Translations under genes and position numbers: made by a program | Assembly (NCBI GenBank): GCA_004376325.1 | Contig: SOKC01000062.1 | Location: forward strand, 1 to 39,649 | DNA length: 39,649 nucleotides | DNA from: Actinomycetota bacterium | GTDB lineage: Bacteria; Actinomycetota; Humimicrobiia; Humimicrobiales; Humimicrobiaceae | Direction: 5' to 3' | Notes under the pieces: generated by a model | Database searches by the model: none | Told to the model about the DNA's origin: nothing | Seen by the model: the letters and a program-made list of their open reading frames with translations, nothing else | Shown: positions 7,509 to 15,865 of the stretch, piece by piece | Position numbering within the stretch: the stretch's first letter is position 1 | Layout of the letters: each line of letters starts with the position of its first letter

Positions 7509-7564
7509 TTGTAAAAAAAAATAATAATTATATAATGTGTATATGATTTATACAATTTATACAA
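7509..7564 (+). promoter_or_regulatory. Putative sigma-70 promoter plus a tandem 9-bp operator-like repeat for the RHH-PIN operon
   Basis: TTGTAA (7509-7514), a 16-nt spacer, then TATAAT (7531-7536). TTTATACAA is repeated in tandem at 7547-7555 and 7556-7564, flanked by GTATAT...ATATAC. The region lies about 60-115 nt upstream of the ATG at 7625. Confidence 0.5.
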
Positions 7565-7624
7565 TATATACTAATTATGTAATTAATCTAACAGAAAACC
7601 ATAATAAAAATTAACTCAAAAATT

Positions 7625-7873
7625 ATGAAAAAGCAATTAATTATAAGAATAGATGAAGAATTAAAAAGTAAGTTTTCTAAAATTGCAAGAATTGAAGGCA
7701 AAACAACAAGTGAAAAGATTAGGGAACTTGTAAGTAATTATACTGCAGAGAATGACTTTGCAACTATAGTTGACAGCCTCTGGGACAGGATTTCAGAAAA
7801 AATTGAAAGCAGCGGGTTTAAACTGGAAGATATTGATAGAAAAATAAAGGAAACCAGGAGCGGGAAAAAATAA
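7625..7873 (+). CDS. Ribbon-helix-helix (CopG-like) antitoxin
   Basis: MKKQLIIRIDEELKSKFSKIARIEGKTTSEKIRELV is a typical RHH N-terminus. It lies directly upstream of a PIN ORF. Confidence 0.75.
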   Translation: MKKQLIIRIDEELKSKFSKIARIEGKTTSEKIRELVSNYTAENDFATIVDSLWDRISEKIESSGFKLEDIDRKIKETRSGKK

Positions 7874-8280
7874 AAGTAGTAATAGACACCAATATATTTA
7901 TATCATCTTTTTTTAATAAGAAAGGCAATCCCAGGAAGATAATAAACCTATGGAAAGAAGAAAAAATACAATTATGTATTTCCAGTGAAATACTCGAGGA
8001 ATATCTTGGAGTCTTATCCAGATTTGTACTTGCCGGTGAACCGGAACTTAAAGAACTTTTAAACCTCTTTAAAAGAAAGGTTAATATTTTATATAAACCA
8101 ATCACAATAAAAATTGCACTGGTAAAAAATGATCCAGATGACAATAAATTCATAGAATGCGCTGTTACCAATAAAGCAGATTATATTATTTCAGGTGACA
8201 ATCATTTGCTGAGTTTAAGAGAGTATGAGAATATAAAAATTCTAAGCCCAAAAGAGTTTTTAAACTATTATAAATCATAA
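7870..8280 (+). CDS. PIN-domain toxin ORF without a canonical start codon (ATA where ATG is expected)
   Basis: It is not in the ORF track. Frame 1 reads (I)KVVIDTNIFISSFFNKKGNPRKIINLWKEEKIQLCISSEILEEYLGVL...NDPDDNKFIECAV...YIISGDNHLL, about 136 codons with no internal stops. The four acidic PIN positions appear present. The frame opens at 7822 and has no ATG, GTG or TTG before the PIN N-terminus. Confidence 0.65.
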   Translation: MKVVIDTNIFISSFFNKKGNPRKIINLWKEEKIQLCISSEILEEYLGVLSRFVLAGEPELKELLNLFKRKVNILYKPITIKIALVKNDPDDNKFIECAVTNKADYIISGDNHLLSLREYENIKILSPKEFLNYYKS

Positions 8281-8381
8281 GGGTTTATAATTGACATTAA
8301 TAAGCATAAAAGCAGTATTTGCTTCTAGATTCACGCAGCCCGGACGAGCCTCAAATAACAGGAGAACTGGGAACAGCATAT

Positions 8382-10949
8382 CTAGCTCAAAACCTTCATT
8401 AATTTTTTTAAGTTGTAAATTTCATCTTCCCTGCTTGAGATTTTACCATCCAGCTTCATTTCAAAAAGCTTTCCCAGAACATCTCTAAATTTCTCTGATG
8501 GTCTGTAGCCCATATCTTTTAATGTCTCACCATTAATCTCCAGACGCAATCCGGAAAGATCGGTCAGGTATTTTTTAATATTTTTATAATATACACTACC
8601 CCAGCTGCATGCAATAACCTGAAGTTCCGGAGGAATCCTGCTTACCATATAATAAAGAGTGGAATTCCTTTTGACAGTGTTTTTAAGATTTTTTTTGACC
8701 TCGTTCCACTTATTATGTGTTTCCAGTATAATATTTACATCCTTTTTTCTGACCTTCATCTCAAAGCACCATCTTTTAATTTCACCGGGTTTAATTCCTC
8801 GCAGCAAAAGAGTTAAAAGCAGTCTCTCTTTTTTTATTTCTTCACCATTTTTCTTATAAAAATCTTTTAGCTCCCCATAATACTTTAAAATCTTCCTTAG
8901 CTGCTTTATAAATTCTGCATCTGTATTCACTTTTATCCCTATTTTCTTTAATGCGCCTAATTGGCCCAGCCTCCTGATTGCTTCCAGCGGGTTTTTCTCA
9001 TTAAAAATGTAGATAAGCTCATCTCGTATCCTGACTCCATTCAGCTTTGAAACTATATCCATATCTATAGTGGTTCTGGCTAATTTTTCAGTCTGGTCAT
9101 CCATTTTAAACCCGAGTCTCTTCTCAAACCTCACCGCCCTGAAAATTCTGGTAGGATCTTCTATAAAACTCATTTTATGCAGAACTTTTATTTTTTTATT
9201 CTTCAAATCTTCCCTGCCGCCAAAGAAATCAAGAATTTCACCAAAATTTTTCCTATTCAAAGATATAGCCATAGTATTTATGGTAAAATCCCTTCTGGAA
9301 AGGTCCTGTTTTATATTTCCCAGTTCCACAGTGGGAAGAGCTGCCGGACTTTTGTAATATTCTACTCTTGCTGTGGCTATATCTATATGCTGTCCGTCCT
9401 TAAGCACAAGAATAGAAGTTCCGAATTTTTGATGGGATTCAAGTCTGCAATCAAATTTTTTGGAAAGTTCTCTGCCAAATCTTATTCCATCACCCTCCAC
9501 CACAATATCTATATCAAAATCCGGTATCCTGAGCAGCGCATCCCTTACTATCCCTCCTACAAGATAGGTATTATATTTTAAAACTCTCGCTACACCGGAA
9601 ATGACCTCCAGTATCTTTTTTACTTTACCCGGGAAAAGCTCTAATAAATTCTCATAACTGCGGCCATGCAGAAATCTTAATATATCTTTTCTGGTAACTA
9701 TACCTATAATTTTTTTCTTGTCTGTAATAGGTATCCTGCCAATACCATTTTCTATCATTAGATCCTGTATTTCGCCAATACCGGTATTAGGACCGGCTCT
9801 AACAATGCTGTGTGAGCGGAAACCTTTTACCGGAGCATGAGATAAGCCGTGCCCTATGGCCTTATCTATATCTTTTCTGGTTATTATTCCCACAAGATTA
9901 TTATCTTTATCTACAATAGGTATCCCTGAATGACCATATTTTTTTAAAATTTCATCAACCCCGGATATGCTCACATTTTCCTTTACCACCTTTACCGGGT
10001 AAGACATTATATCTTTTGCCAGTATTGGTTTTCTTATATTTTTCTTGAGAGAACAGAGCAACTTGCTTTCTATATCCTCGAAACTCATATCACTTATCAC
10101 AGCAGAAGCTGCCTGGGGATGACCCCCGCCTCCGACAATTTTAAGTATTTCAGATACATCCACATCTTTATCATCACTTCTGGCAACCAGATATATTTTC
10201 TCCTTCATTTTAGCCCAGCATATTGCTATACTTACATCTTCAATCTGGGATAACTTCCTGGTCAGTACTGAGAGCCCCTCAATAAAGTTTGGCATCTCTG
10301 CCTGGGAAAGCAAGATTTCTGTTTCATTGATCTTTATCTTTTTGCAGTTCATTATCAGATTTTCCAAAAGCTTGTGCTGTTCTTCCGAAAGAGAAAGATT
10401 TAAAAATTTTAATACCACAAACAGGTTGGATTCTTTCTTCATAAGAAAAGAGGCTGCCTCCAGATCCTTAGGGGTGGTACCGGGATAAGTAAATGAGCCT
10501 GTGTCCTCATAAATTCCAAGGGTAAACAGGGTAGCATCAAGCGGAGAAATAGGAATTTTTTTTCTTTTTATGATATTTACCAGAATGGTTGTAGTAGCCC
10601 CAACTTCCCGGGAATAATCATAAGTTGCTTTCATATCTTCAGATGATCTATGATGGTGATCATAGACTATAACTTCAACATTTTTATTATTTAATGCTTC
10701 TTTTGCCGGGCCGAGCCTTGAGGCAATTTTAGTATCTATTATAATAACTCTTTTTACTCTTGAAAAATCAATTCCCTTCGGATCCATAAGCAACGGAAGT
10801 TCGTCCTCATAAAGAGTAATAAATTTTCTTACATTTTGATTTATAGCAGTAGGTAATACAATTTGGGCCTGCGGGTATATTCTCTTCGCCGCTATCATTC
10901 CGGCAAAAGAATCAAAGTCAGAACTTAGATGGGTTATAATTATTTCCAT
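8382..10949 (-). CDS. cca: DHH/DHHA1 phosphoesterase, CBS pair and class II tRNA nucleotidyltransferase (CCA-adding or poly(A) polymerase family) fusion protein
   Basis: DHH motifs: HLSSDFDS, IIIDT, YDHHH and GGGGHPQAASA. Two CBS modules (IPIVDKDNNLVGIITRKDI and IPITDKKKIIGIVTRKDI). PolyA-pol head motif YLVGGIVRDALLRIPDFDIDIVVEG. Confidence 0.85.
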   Translation of the reverse strand: MEIIITHLSSDFDSFAGMIAAKRIYPQAQIVLPTAINQNVRKFITLYEDELPLLMDPKGIDFSRVKRVIIIDTKIASRLGPAKEALNNKNVEVIVYDHHHRSSEDMKATYDYSREVGATTTILVNIIKRKKIPISPLDATLFTLGIYEDTGSFTYPGTTPKDLEAASFLMKKESNLFVVLKFLNLSLSEEQHKLLENLIMNCKKIKINETEILLSQAEMPNFIEGLSVLTRKLSQIEDVSIAICWAKMKEKIYLVARSDDKDVDVSEILKIVGGGGHPQAASAVISDMSFEDIESKLLCSLKKNIRKPILAKDIMSYPVKVVKENVSISGVDEILKKYGHSGIPIVDKDNNLVGIITRKDIDKAIGHGLSHAPVKGFRSHSIVRAGPNTGIGEIQDLMIENGIGRIPITDKKKIIGIVTRKDILRFLHGRSYENLLELFPGKVKKILEVISGVARVLKYNTYLVGGIVRDALLRIPDFDIDIVVEGDGIRFGRELSKKFDCRLESHQKFGTSILVLKDGQHIDIATARVEYYKSPAALPTVELGNIKQDLSRRDFTINTMAISLNRKNFGEILDFFGGREDLKNKKIKVLHKMSFIEDPTRIFRAVRFEKRLGFKMDDQTEKLARTTIDMDIVSKLNGVRIRDELIYIFNEKNPLEAIRRLGQLGALKKIGIKVNTDAEFIKQLRKILKYYGELKDFYKKNGEEIKKERLLLTLLLRGIKPGEIKRWCFEMKVRKKDVNIILETHNKWNEVKKNLKNTVKRNSTLYYMVSRIPPELQVIACSWGSVYYKNIKKYLTDLSGLRLEINGETLKDMGYRPSEKFRDVLGKLFEMKLDGKISSREDEIYNLKKLMKVLS
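8409..8526 (-). repeat. Gene-attached copy of the 117/118-bp duplication (partner at 4717-4833)
   Basis: It lies inside the last ~48 codons of the 8382-10949 gene. Identity ends 25 nt before the stop codon. Confidence 0.9.
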
Positions 10950-10974
10950 AAAATTTTTACGTATAAGCTTTTTA

Positions 10975-11508
10975 TCAGTCTATATACTTATCATAGCAGA
11001 CTATTTTAGAAATGGGTTTTCTTCCTCTTGTTCTACCTTCCACGGCCGGATATCCTACCGGGGTTATAGCCACCACCCTCACATTATCCGGGACATCAAG
11101 AAGATCCTTTACCAATTTTTCCTTGAATGCTCCAATCCAGCAGGTACCCAATCCCTTTTCAGTTGCAGCCAGGATTAAATGCTCCAGAGCCAGTGCTATA
11201 TCTATAGGATAACTATTCATATAACCCCCCATAACTCCATAAGCCTCATCCTCTTTAGCACAGGCCACAATCAGTATCGGTGCCTCCGACAGGAAAGTTT
11301 GATTATTGCATGCTATAGACAGGTCACTTATTTTTTTCTTATCTTTTACTATAATCAATTTCCATGGCTGAAGGTTTTTGGCTGACGGAGCTTTTCTGAA
11401 TGCTTGCAGAATATAATTTAATTTTTCCTCTTCCACATCCTGGGGTTTATAAGACCTGATACTTTTTCTTTTTTCTATAAGATCCATAAGGCTTGTGAAT
11501 TGCTTCAC
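10975..11508 (-). CDS. Nitroreductase family protein
   Basis: RKSIRSYKPQDVEEEKLNYILQAFRKAPSAKNLQPWKLIIV is a typical nitroreductase N-terminal motif. Confidence 0.8.
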   Translation of the reverse strand: MKQFTSLMDLIEKRKSIRSYKPQDVEEEKLNYILQAFRKAPSAKNLQPWKLIIVKDKKKISDLSIACNNQTFLSEAPILIVACAKEDEAYGVMGGYMNSYPIDIALALEHLILAATEKGLGTCWIGAFKEKLVKDLLDVPDNVRVVAITPVGYPAVEGRTRGRKPISKIVCYDKYID

Positions 11509-11815
11509 TGTTTATTACCCCCTTCTCTTAGAATCTGAACCTCAAAGATTTATTTTTTTATAACTCACGCAACTCAATACTAATTTTTAATATTTAAGTA
11601 GAAGCCTTTTTATATTAGCACTATGTTTTTCTTAAGTAAAATCTTTTCTATTTCAGGTACCAGGATTAAAACATATTTATTGTAACAAGAAATTCCCCTA
11701 ATGCAAGTTTTAAAGATCTTAGACGGATCTCATAAGTTGTAATCCCGTAAACTCGAAAAAATATAGATTTTAAAATAATTGATGCAGAGTCTGCGCTGAA
11801 AGCGGGTTTATATTT

Positions 11816-12703
11816 TCATAAAGATATGCTGTCCAATTTCGAATACTCAACTTTATCTCCGTATAACTTCATAAGCTTTGAGGTAATATTACCTGGAACC
11901 TTTCTAGCTACCACAAACCTGTCAATCTTCTTTACCGGCACTATCCCGGCAATAGAACTGGTTTTAAATATTTCATCTGCATTTATAATATCACGGTAGT
12001 GAACCTTTTTTTGCTTGACTTTTATCCCATCTTCTCTACATATCCTTATAACCACTTCTCTGGTTATTCCTGGTAAGATATTCTGAGTAAGCGGTGGAGT
12101 ATAAACTATGTTTCCCTTTACAAAGAAAATATTACTTGTGGCACCTTCCAGAACCAGATGATCTCTGGTTAAGAAAACCGCCTCCTGAGCTCCATTATAA
12201 TGAGCTTCATTTTTTGCGAAAATATTTTCAAAATAGTTTAGAAGCTTGTGGCAATAAAGGGGGCTGCCCACCTGTGGTCTTCTTATTGAAGAAGTGGTGA
12301 TATTTATTCCTTCAGTATAATCAACTTCGGGGTAATGTGTAAGACTGTCAGCAATTATTACGAGATTAGGCTTATACCCCCCGCCAAAATGAAGCTCCCC
12401 GCTGTGGATACCTCTGGTTACAATTATTTTTATATAGGCATCCCTTTTGCAAAGATTGTTTTTGTCAATTGTTTTTCTCAGGGCGTCTTTTATATATTCT
12501 TTATCAAAAGGAAGATTATACTTTAAAACCTTAAGTGAAAAAAACAGCCTCTCAAGATGGGCATCAAGCATAAAGATATAGCCTCCATAGCTTCTCAAGG
12601 TTTCAAAAAGGCCATCACCATATAAAAATCCCCTATCTCTAACCGGTATTTTAGCTTTATTTTCTATAACCAGCTTCCCACTTATAAAAACATATTTAAT
12701 CAT
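11816..12703 (-). CDS. pabC: Class IV aminotransferase-fold protein, probably aminodeoxychorismate lyase
   Basis: Fold-type IV motifs (RGFLYGDGLFETLR and EGATSNIFFVKG). It lies immediately downstream of pabA-pabB on the same strand. Confidence 0.7.
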   Translation of the reverse strand: MIKYVFISGKLVIENKAKIPVRDRGFLYGDGLFETLRSYGGYIFMLDAHLERLFFSLKVLKYNLPFDKEYIKDALRKTIDKNNLCKRDAYIKIIVTRGIHSGELHFGGGYKPNLVIIADSLTHYPEVDYTEGINITTSSIRRPQVGSPLYCHKLLNYFENIFAKNEAHYNGAQEAVFLTRDHLVLEGATSNIFFVKGNIVYTPPLTQNILPGITREVVIRICREDGIKVKQKKVHYRDIINADEIFKTSSIAGIVPVKKIDRFVVARKVPGNITSKLMKLYGDKVEYSKLDSISL

Positions 12704-12726
12704 ATCAGTAGCCCGCCAGATAAATT

Positions 12727-14331
12727 TTATAGCAGTTTTCTTAGATTCTTTGCACTAAAAAACTTTAAAGTTTCCTTTAGAGCAATTCCTTTATCCAGAG
12801 TCTCATTATACTCATCTTCCGGGATTGAATCTTCTACAATTCCTCCGCCTACATTATAATAAAATTTATTTCCCTTTATAACAAACGTCCTTATCACAAT
12901 ATTCAAATCCATAGTACAGTCCACTCCGATATAGCCGACCGAACCGGTGTAAACATTCCTGGCTGTCGGCTCCAGCTCATCAATAATTTCCATTGCTCTT
13001 ATTTTGGGCGCACCTGTTATTGAGCCTCCGGGAAATGCAGCTTTTATTATACCTGAAATATCGGTACCTTTCTTTACTTTGCCGGTTACCGTGGAGACAG
13101 AATGAAAAACCCTCGCATATTTTTCTACAACTGCGTGCTCGTAAACTCTAACTGTGCCATAATAACAGAATTTCCCCAGATCATTACGCTCCAGGTCAAC
13201 AATCATATTCAGCTCCGCTCTATCTTTAATGCTGTCTTTCAATTCCATCATATTTTTGTTATCACTGTAAGAATCTATCCCCCTGGGTCGGGTTCCTTTT
13301 ATGGGTCTGGTCTCTATAATATTATTTTTTAAAAATAAAAATCTTTCCGGTGAAGAACTACCTATGCTGAGCTCAGGAAATCCCATAAAAGCAGAAAATG
13401 GAGCAGCATTTTTTTCTCTTAATATATAATATAAGTCTATAGGTTCTACAGGCAGATCCGCTTCAAATCTCTGAGAAAAATTTGCCTGATAAATGTCGCC
13501 GTTATGAATATATTCTTTGGTTTTCATTACCTTTTTTATATAATTCTGCCTGGTAAGATTTGAGCGAAGTTTTACATTTGAGATGTTTTTCTTGTAATAT
13601 TTCTCAATAATATACCTTTTTATATTATTTAAGCCTTTTAAATTACTAATAATGCTCTTTACTTCCAGATTGACTTTCCTGATTAAATCCCTATCCCTTA
13701 CATCAGAATCCATATAATCATCTTCCAGGAAAGCAGTCTTGCAAGCACCTTTATTTTCCTCTTTCTTTTCACCGGTTAAAAAATTCCTAACATAATACCA
13801 CCTGCTGTCCTGATGGCCATATGCAAACAGCCTGTCATAATAAGCAAGATAAAATATGGGAAGATTAATATCATCGGAAGCATTCTGAGGAAGCTCTTCA
13901 ATATAGTTTTTCAGGTCATAAGAGAAATACCCGGCAAAACCACCCTTAAAATCAGGGAGTCTTTCTTCAAGGTCCTTATTTACCTTTCTGATGCTGCCCT
14001 CATCTATATAGACCACTCTAACATTCTTTATTTCACTGTCTGGAGGGCTGCAGGTATAATCTTTAATGTTTTGTTTGATAAAAGATAAAGGATGCTGATA
14101 GGAATAATACCTGACATCTCTGGCGTTACCGATAAACTCATTTTTATAACCATAGCTCTTTATAACAAATTTTGGATCCCAGCCGATATAAGAGAACCTG
14201 GAATATTTATTCGGAGAGAGACTGCTGTCCAGAAAACATAAATAATTACTATCCTTTAAAATATAAGCTGCATCCTGAGGTGGTATTTTTAGGTCAATAG
14301 CTGAAATTGTCGAAAGGATTTTCATAGACAA
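12727..14331 (-). CDS. pabB: Aminodeoxychorismate (or anthranilate) synthase component I
   Basis: Chorismate-binding C-terminal motifs (FPGGSITGAPKIRAMEIIDELEPTARNVYTGSVGYI). Genomic context with pabA and pabC. Confidence 0.8.
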   Translation of the reverse strand: MSMKILSTISAIDLKIPPQDAAYILKDSNYLCFLDSSLSPNKYSRFSYIGWDPKFVIKSYGYKNEFIGNARDVRYYSYQHPLSFIKQNIKDYTCSPPDSEIKNVRVVYIDEGSIRKVNKDLEERLPDFKGGFAGYFSYDLKNYIEELPQNASDDINLPIFYLAYYDRLFAYGHQDSRWYYVRNFLTGEKKEENKGACKTAFLEDDYMDSDVRDRDLIRKVNLEVKSIISNLKGLNNIKRYIIEKYYKKNISNVKLRSNLTRQNYIKKVMKTKEYIHNGDIYQANFSQRFEADLPVEPIDLYYILREKNAAPFSAFMGFPELSIGSSSPERFLFLKNNIIETRPIKGTRPRGIDSYSDNKNMMELKDSIKDRAELNMIVDLERNDLGKFCYYGTVRVYEHAVVEKYARVFHSVSTVTGKVKKGTDISGIIKAAFPGGSITGAPKIRAMEIIDELEPTARNVYTGSVGYIGVDCTMDLNIVIRTFVIKGNKFYYNVGGGIVEDSIPEDEYNETLDKGIALKETLKFFSAKNLRKLL

Positions 14332-14930
14332 ATGAAATTTTTAAGTATTTTTAACCCGTCTGGAGTCAGGAATGATTCGGGATGAAACTGTATTCCTTCC
14401 AGCTTGTAGTTTTTATGCCTTACTCCCATTACAATATCATCTTCAGTACGAGCGGTTACTTCAAGTGAAGAAGGGATTGTGTCTTTTTTTAAAATTAGAG
14501 AATGGTATCTTGCAGCTTCAAAAGGATTTTCAACACCGCTAAAAATACTCTTTCCATCATGATAAATCTTAGATGTCTTCCCGTGGATTACCACTCCCGA
14601 ATTGATTACCTCTGCTCCGAATACTTCCCCGATGCACTGATGTCCCAGACAGACTCCCAGTATAGGTATTTCTTTATAAAAATGCTTGATTATATCTTTT
14701 GACATGCCTGCATTAACAGGTCTTCCCGGGCCAGGTGAGATTACTATTCTGGATGGCTCCATCTTTTCAATTTCATCCAGACTTATCTTATCATTTCTCC
14801 TGACCTTTATATTCTCACCCAGAATACCCAGATATTGCACCAGATTAAAAGTAAAGGAGTCATAATTATCTATCATCAATATATCTACTTTTTTAGTCCT
14901 GGCAATTGTACTCATTTCTGCTCCTGGCAT
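14322..14930 (-). CDS. pabA: Aminodeoxychorismate/anthranilate synthase component II (class I glutamine amidotransferase)
   Basis: GVCLGHQ nucleophile elbow and an HPES motif. It overlaps pabB by 10 nt. The exact start is uncertain, with several in-frame Met codons. Confidence 0.8.
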   Translation of the reverse strand: MPGAEMSTIARTKKVDILMIDNYDSFTFNLVQYLGILGENIKVRRNDKISLDEIEKMEPSRIVISPGPGRPVNAGMSKDIIKHFYKEIPILGVCLGHQCIGEVFGAEVINSGVVIHGKTSKIYHDGKSIFSGVENPFEAARYHSLILKKDTIPSSLEVTARTEDDIVMGVRHKNYKLEGIQFHPESFLTPDGLKILKNFICL

Positions 14931-15068
14931 AGCTTCATTTATATGCCTATTTTAATAAAATTCCCATCTACCTATTATTTCCCGTTAAAAGAAATTATAT
15001 TAGAAGCTAGATAAAATCTCAAAATAAATATTCCGATTCTTTCAGAAAAAAGTTGAAGAAAAATAATT

Positions 15069-15479
15069 TTAAGGAATGATTTTCTTTATAAAATCTATTT
15101 TTCTAAAGTCTTTGTCAAATGTAAATACTGTATCACAGTTATTTTTTACAGAATGGCTTGCCAGGTATGCATCTATAAAATCAATATTTTTCTCTTCATA
15201 TAAATCCAGAGCCTTCAGGATGACCTGGCGGTTTTCTATTACCGCATTGTCAATCTCAGCAATAGCCAGTATTTTTTCAACTATGCCATATCTATCCAGA
15301 TCATATATGCTTTCCAGAACATAAATAATTTCAGCAATGATTAAATCACATATAAATAGTTCATATTTCCCTCTGGACACCTGGTCAAGAAACTTTCTGG
15401 ATTTCTGCGCCTGCTTGTCGGGCTCACCGGTAAAAAATCTTATAAAGAGATTGGTATCTGCATAAACTTTGCTTTTCAA
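15069..15479 (-). CDS. vapC: PIN-domain toxin VapC
   Basis: YADTNLFIRFF at the N-terminus, plus conserved acidic positions (EIIYV, DAYLA, FDKDF). It overlaps the antitoxin gene by 4 nt. Confidence 0.8.
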   Translation of the reverse strand: MKSKVYADTNLFIRFFTGEPDKQAQKSRKFLDQVSRGKYELFICDLIIAEIIYVLESIYDLDRYGIVEKILAIAEIDNAVIENRQVILKALDLYEEKNIDFIDAYLASHSVKNNCDTVFTFDKDFRKIDFIKKIIP

Positions 15480-15724
15480 GGTCTCACCTTTTTTGCCATA
15501 TAATCATGTGTCTTTTTTTCCATTTCTTTCCAGCTTAATTTTCTTACATCTTCCGGCACTGGAACAGAGCTCTGTAAGTCAAAAATTGAAGGGATCTTTC
15601 TGACAAAGGCTTTTCTGCCAGAAAATTTAACTATTACTTTATCTCCCTCTTTTAGCCCAAGCTGTTCCCTTACAGGCTTGGGTATGGTTATCTGACCCTT
15701 CTTTGTTACAGTAGTTGTACTCAT
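15476..15724 (-). CDS. vapB: AbrB/SpoVT/MazE-fold antitoxin VapB
   Basis: KKGQITIPKPVREQLGLKEGDKV is a swapped-hairpin AbrB-type motif. Confidence 0.8.
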   Translation of the reverse strand: MSTTTVTKKGQITIPKPVREQLGLKEGDKVIVKFSGRKAFVRKIPSIFDLQSSVPVPEDVRKLSWKEMEKKTHDYMAKKVRP

Positions 15725-15754
15725 TTAAAAAATCCTTACTATTATATTTTGGTA

Positions 15755-15774
15755 TTACTTTATCATAAAAGTAA
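15755..15774. promoter_or_regulatory. Perfect 7-6-7 palindrome (TTACTTT ATCATA AAAGTAA) in the vapBC / ABC-transporter divergent intergenic region; candidate VapB operator
   Basis: The inverted repeat was read directly from the sequence. It lies about 30-50 nt upstream of the vapB start codon. Confidence 0.4.
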
Positions 15775-15865
15775 GAATTAGTAAAATTTTATTTCCATAT
15801 ATCACTTCATAACGCTCTGGTTTTTAAATTGATAAATTATAAGATTAAGGGTAAAATCCTATTTT

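Noticed and set aside
7168-7564. Track ORFs 7168-7356 (+) and 7343-7564 (-).
   Set aside because: They lie in very AT-rich intergenic DNA that contains a repeat copy and a promoter or operator. Their composition is typical of chance ORFs in AT-rich sequence.
7547-7564. A CRISPR-like or other array signal from the tandem TTTATACAA repeats.
   Set aside because: There are only two 9-bp units with no spacers. An operator interpretation fits better, and no CRISPR array or cas genes occur in the window.
7818-8171. A 117-aa minus-strand ORF.
   Set aside because: It is antisense to a clearly recognisable PIN-domain reading frame on the plus strand.
8291-8488. A 65-aa plus-strand ORF overlapping the 3' end of the cca-like gene.
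   Set aside because: It is antisense to a strongly supported gene and has no motif.
11729-11741. A 13-nt match (TCATAAGTTGTAA) to the left edge of the 4717-4833 duplication.
   Set aside because: A match this short is expected by chance many times in 40 kb of AT-rich sequence, and there is no extended similarity on either side.
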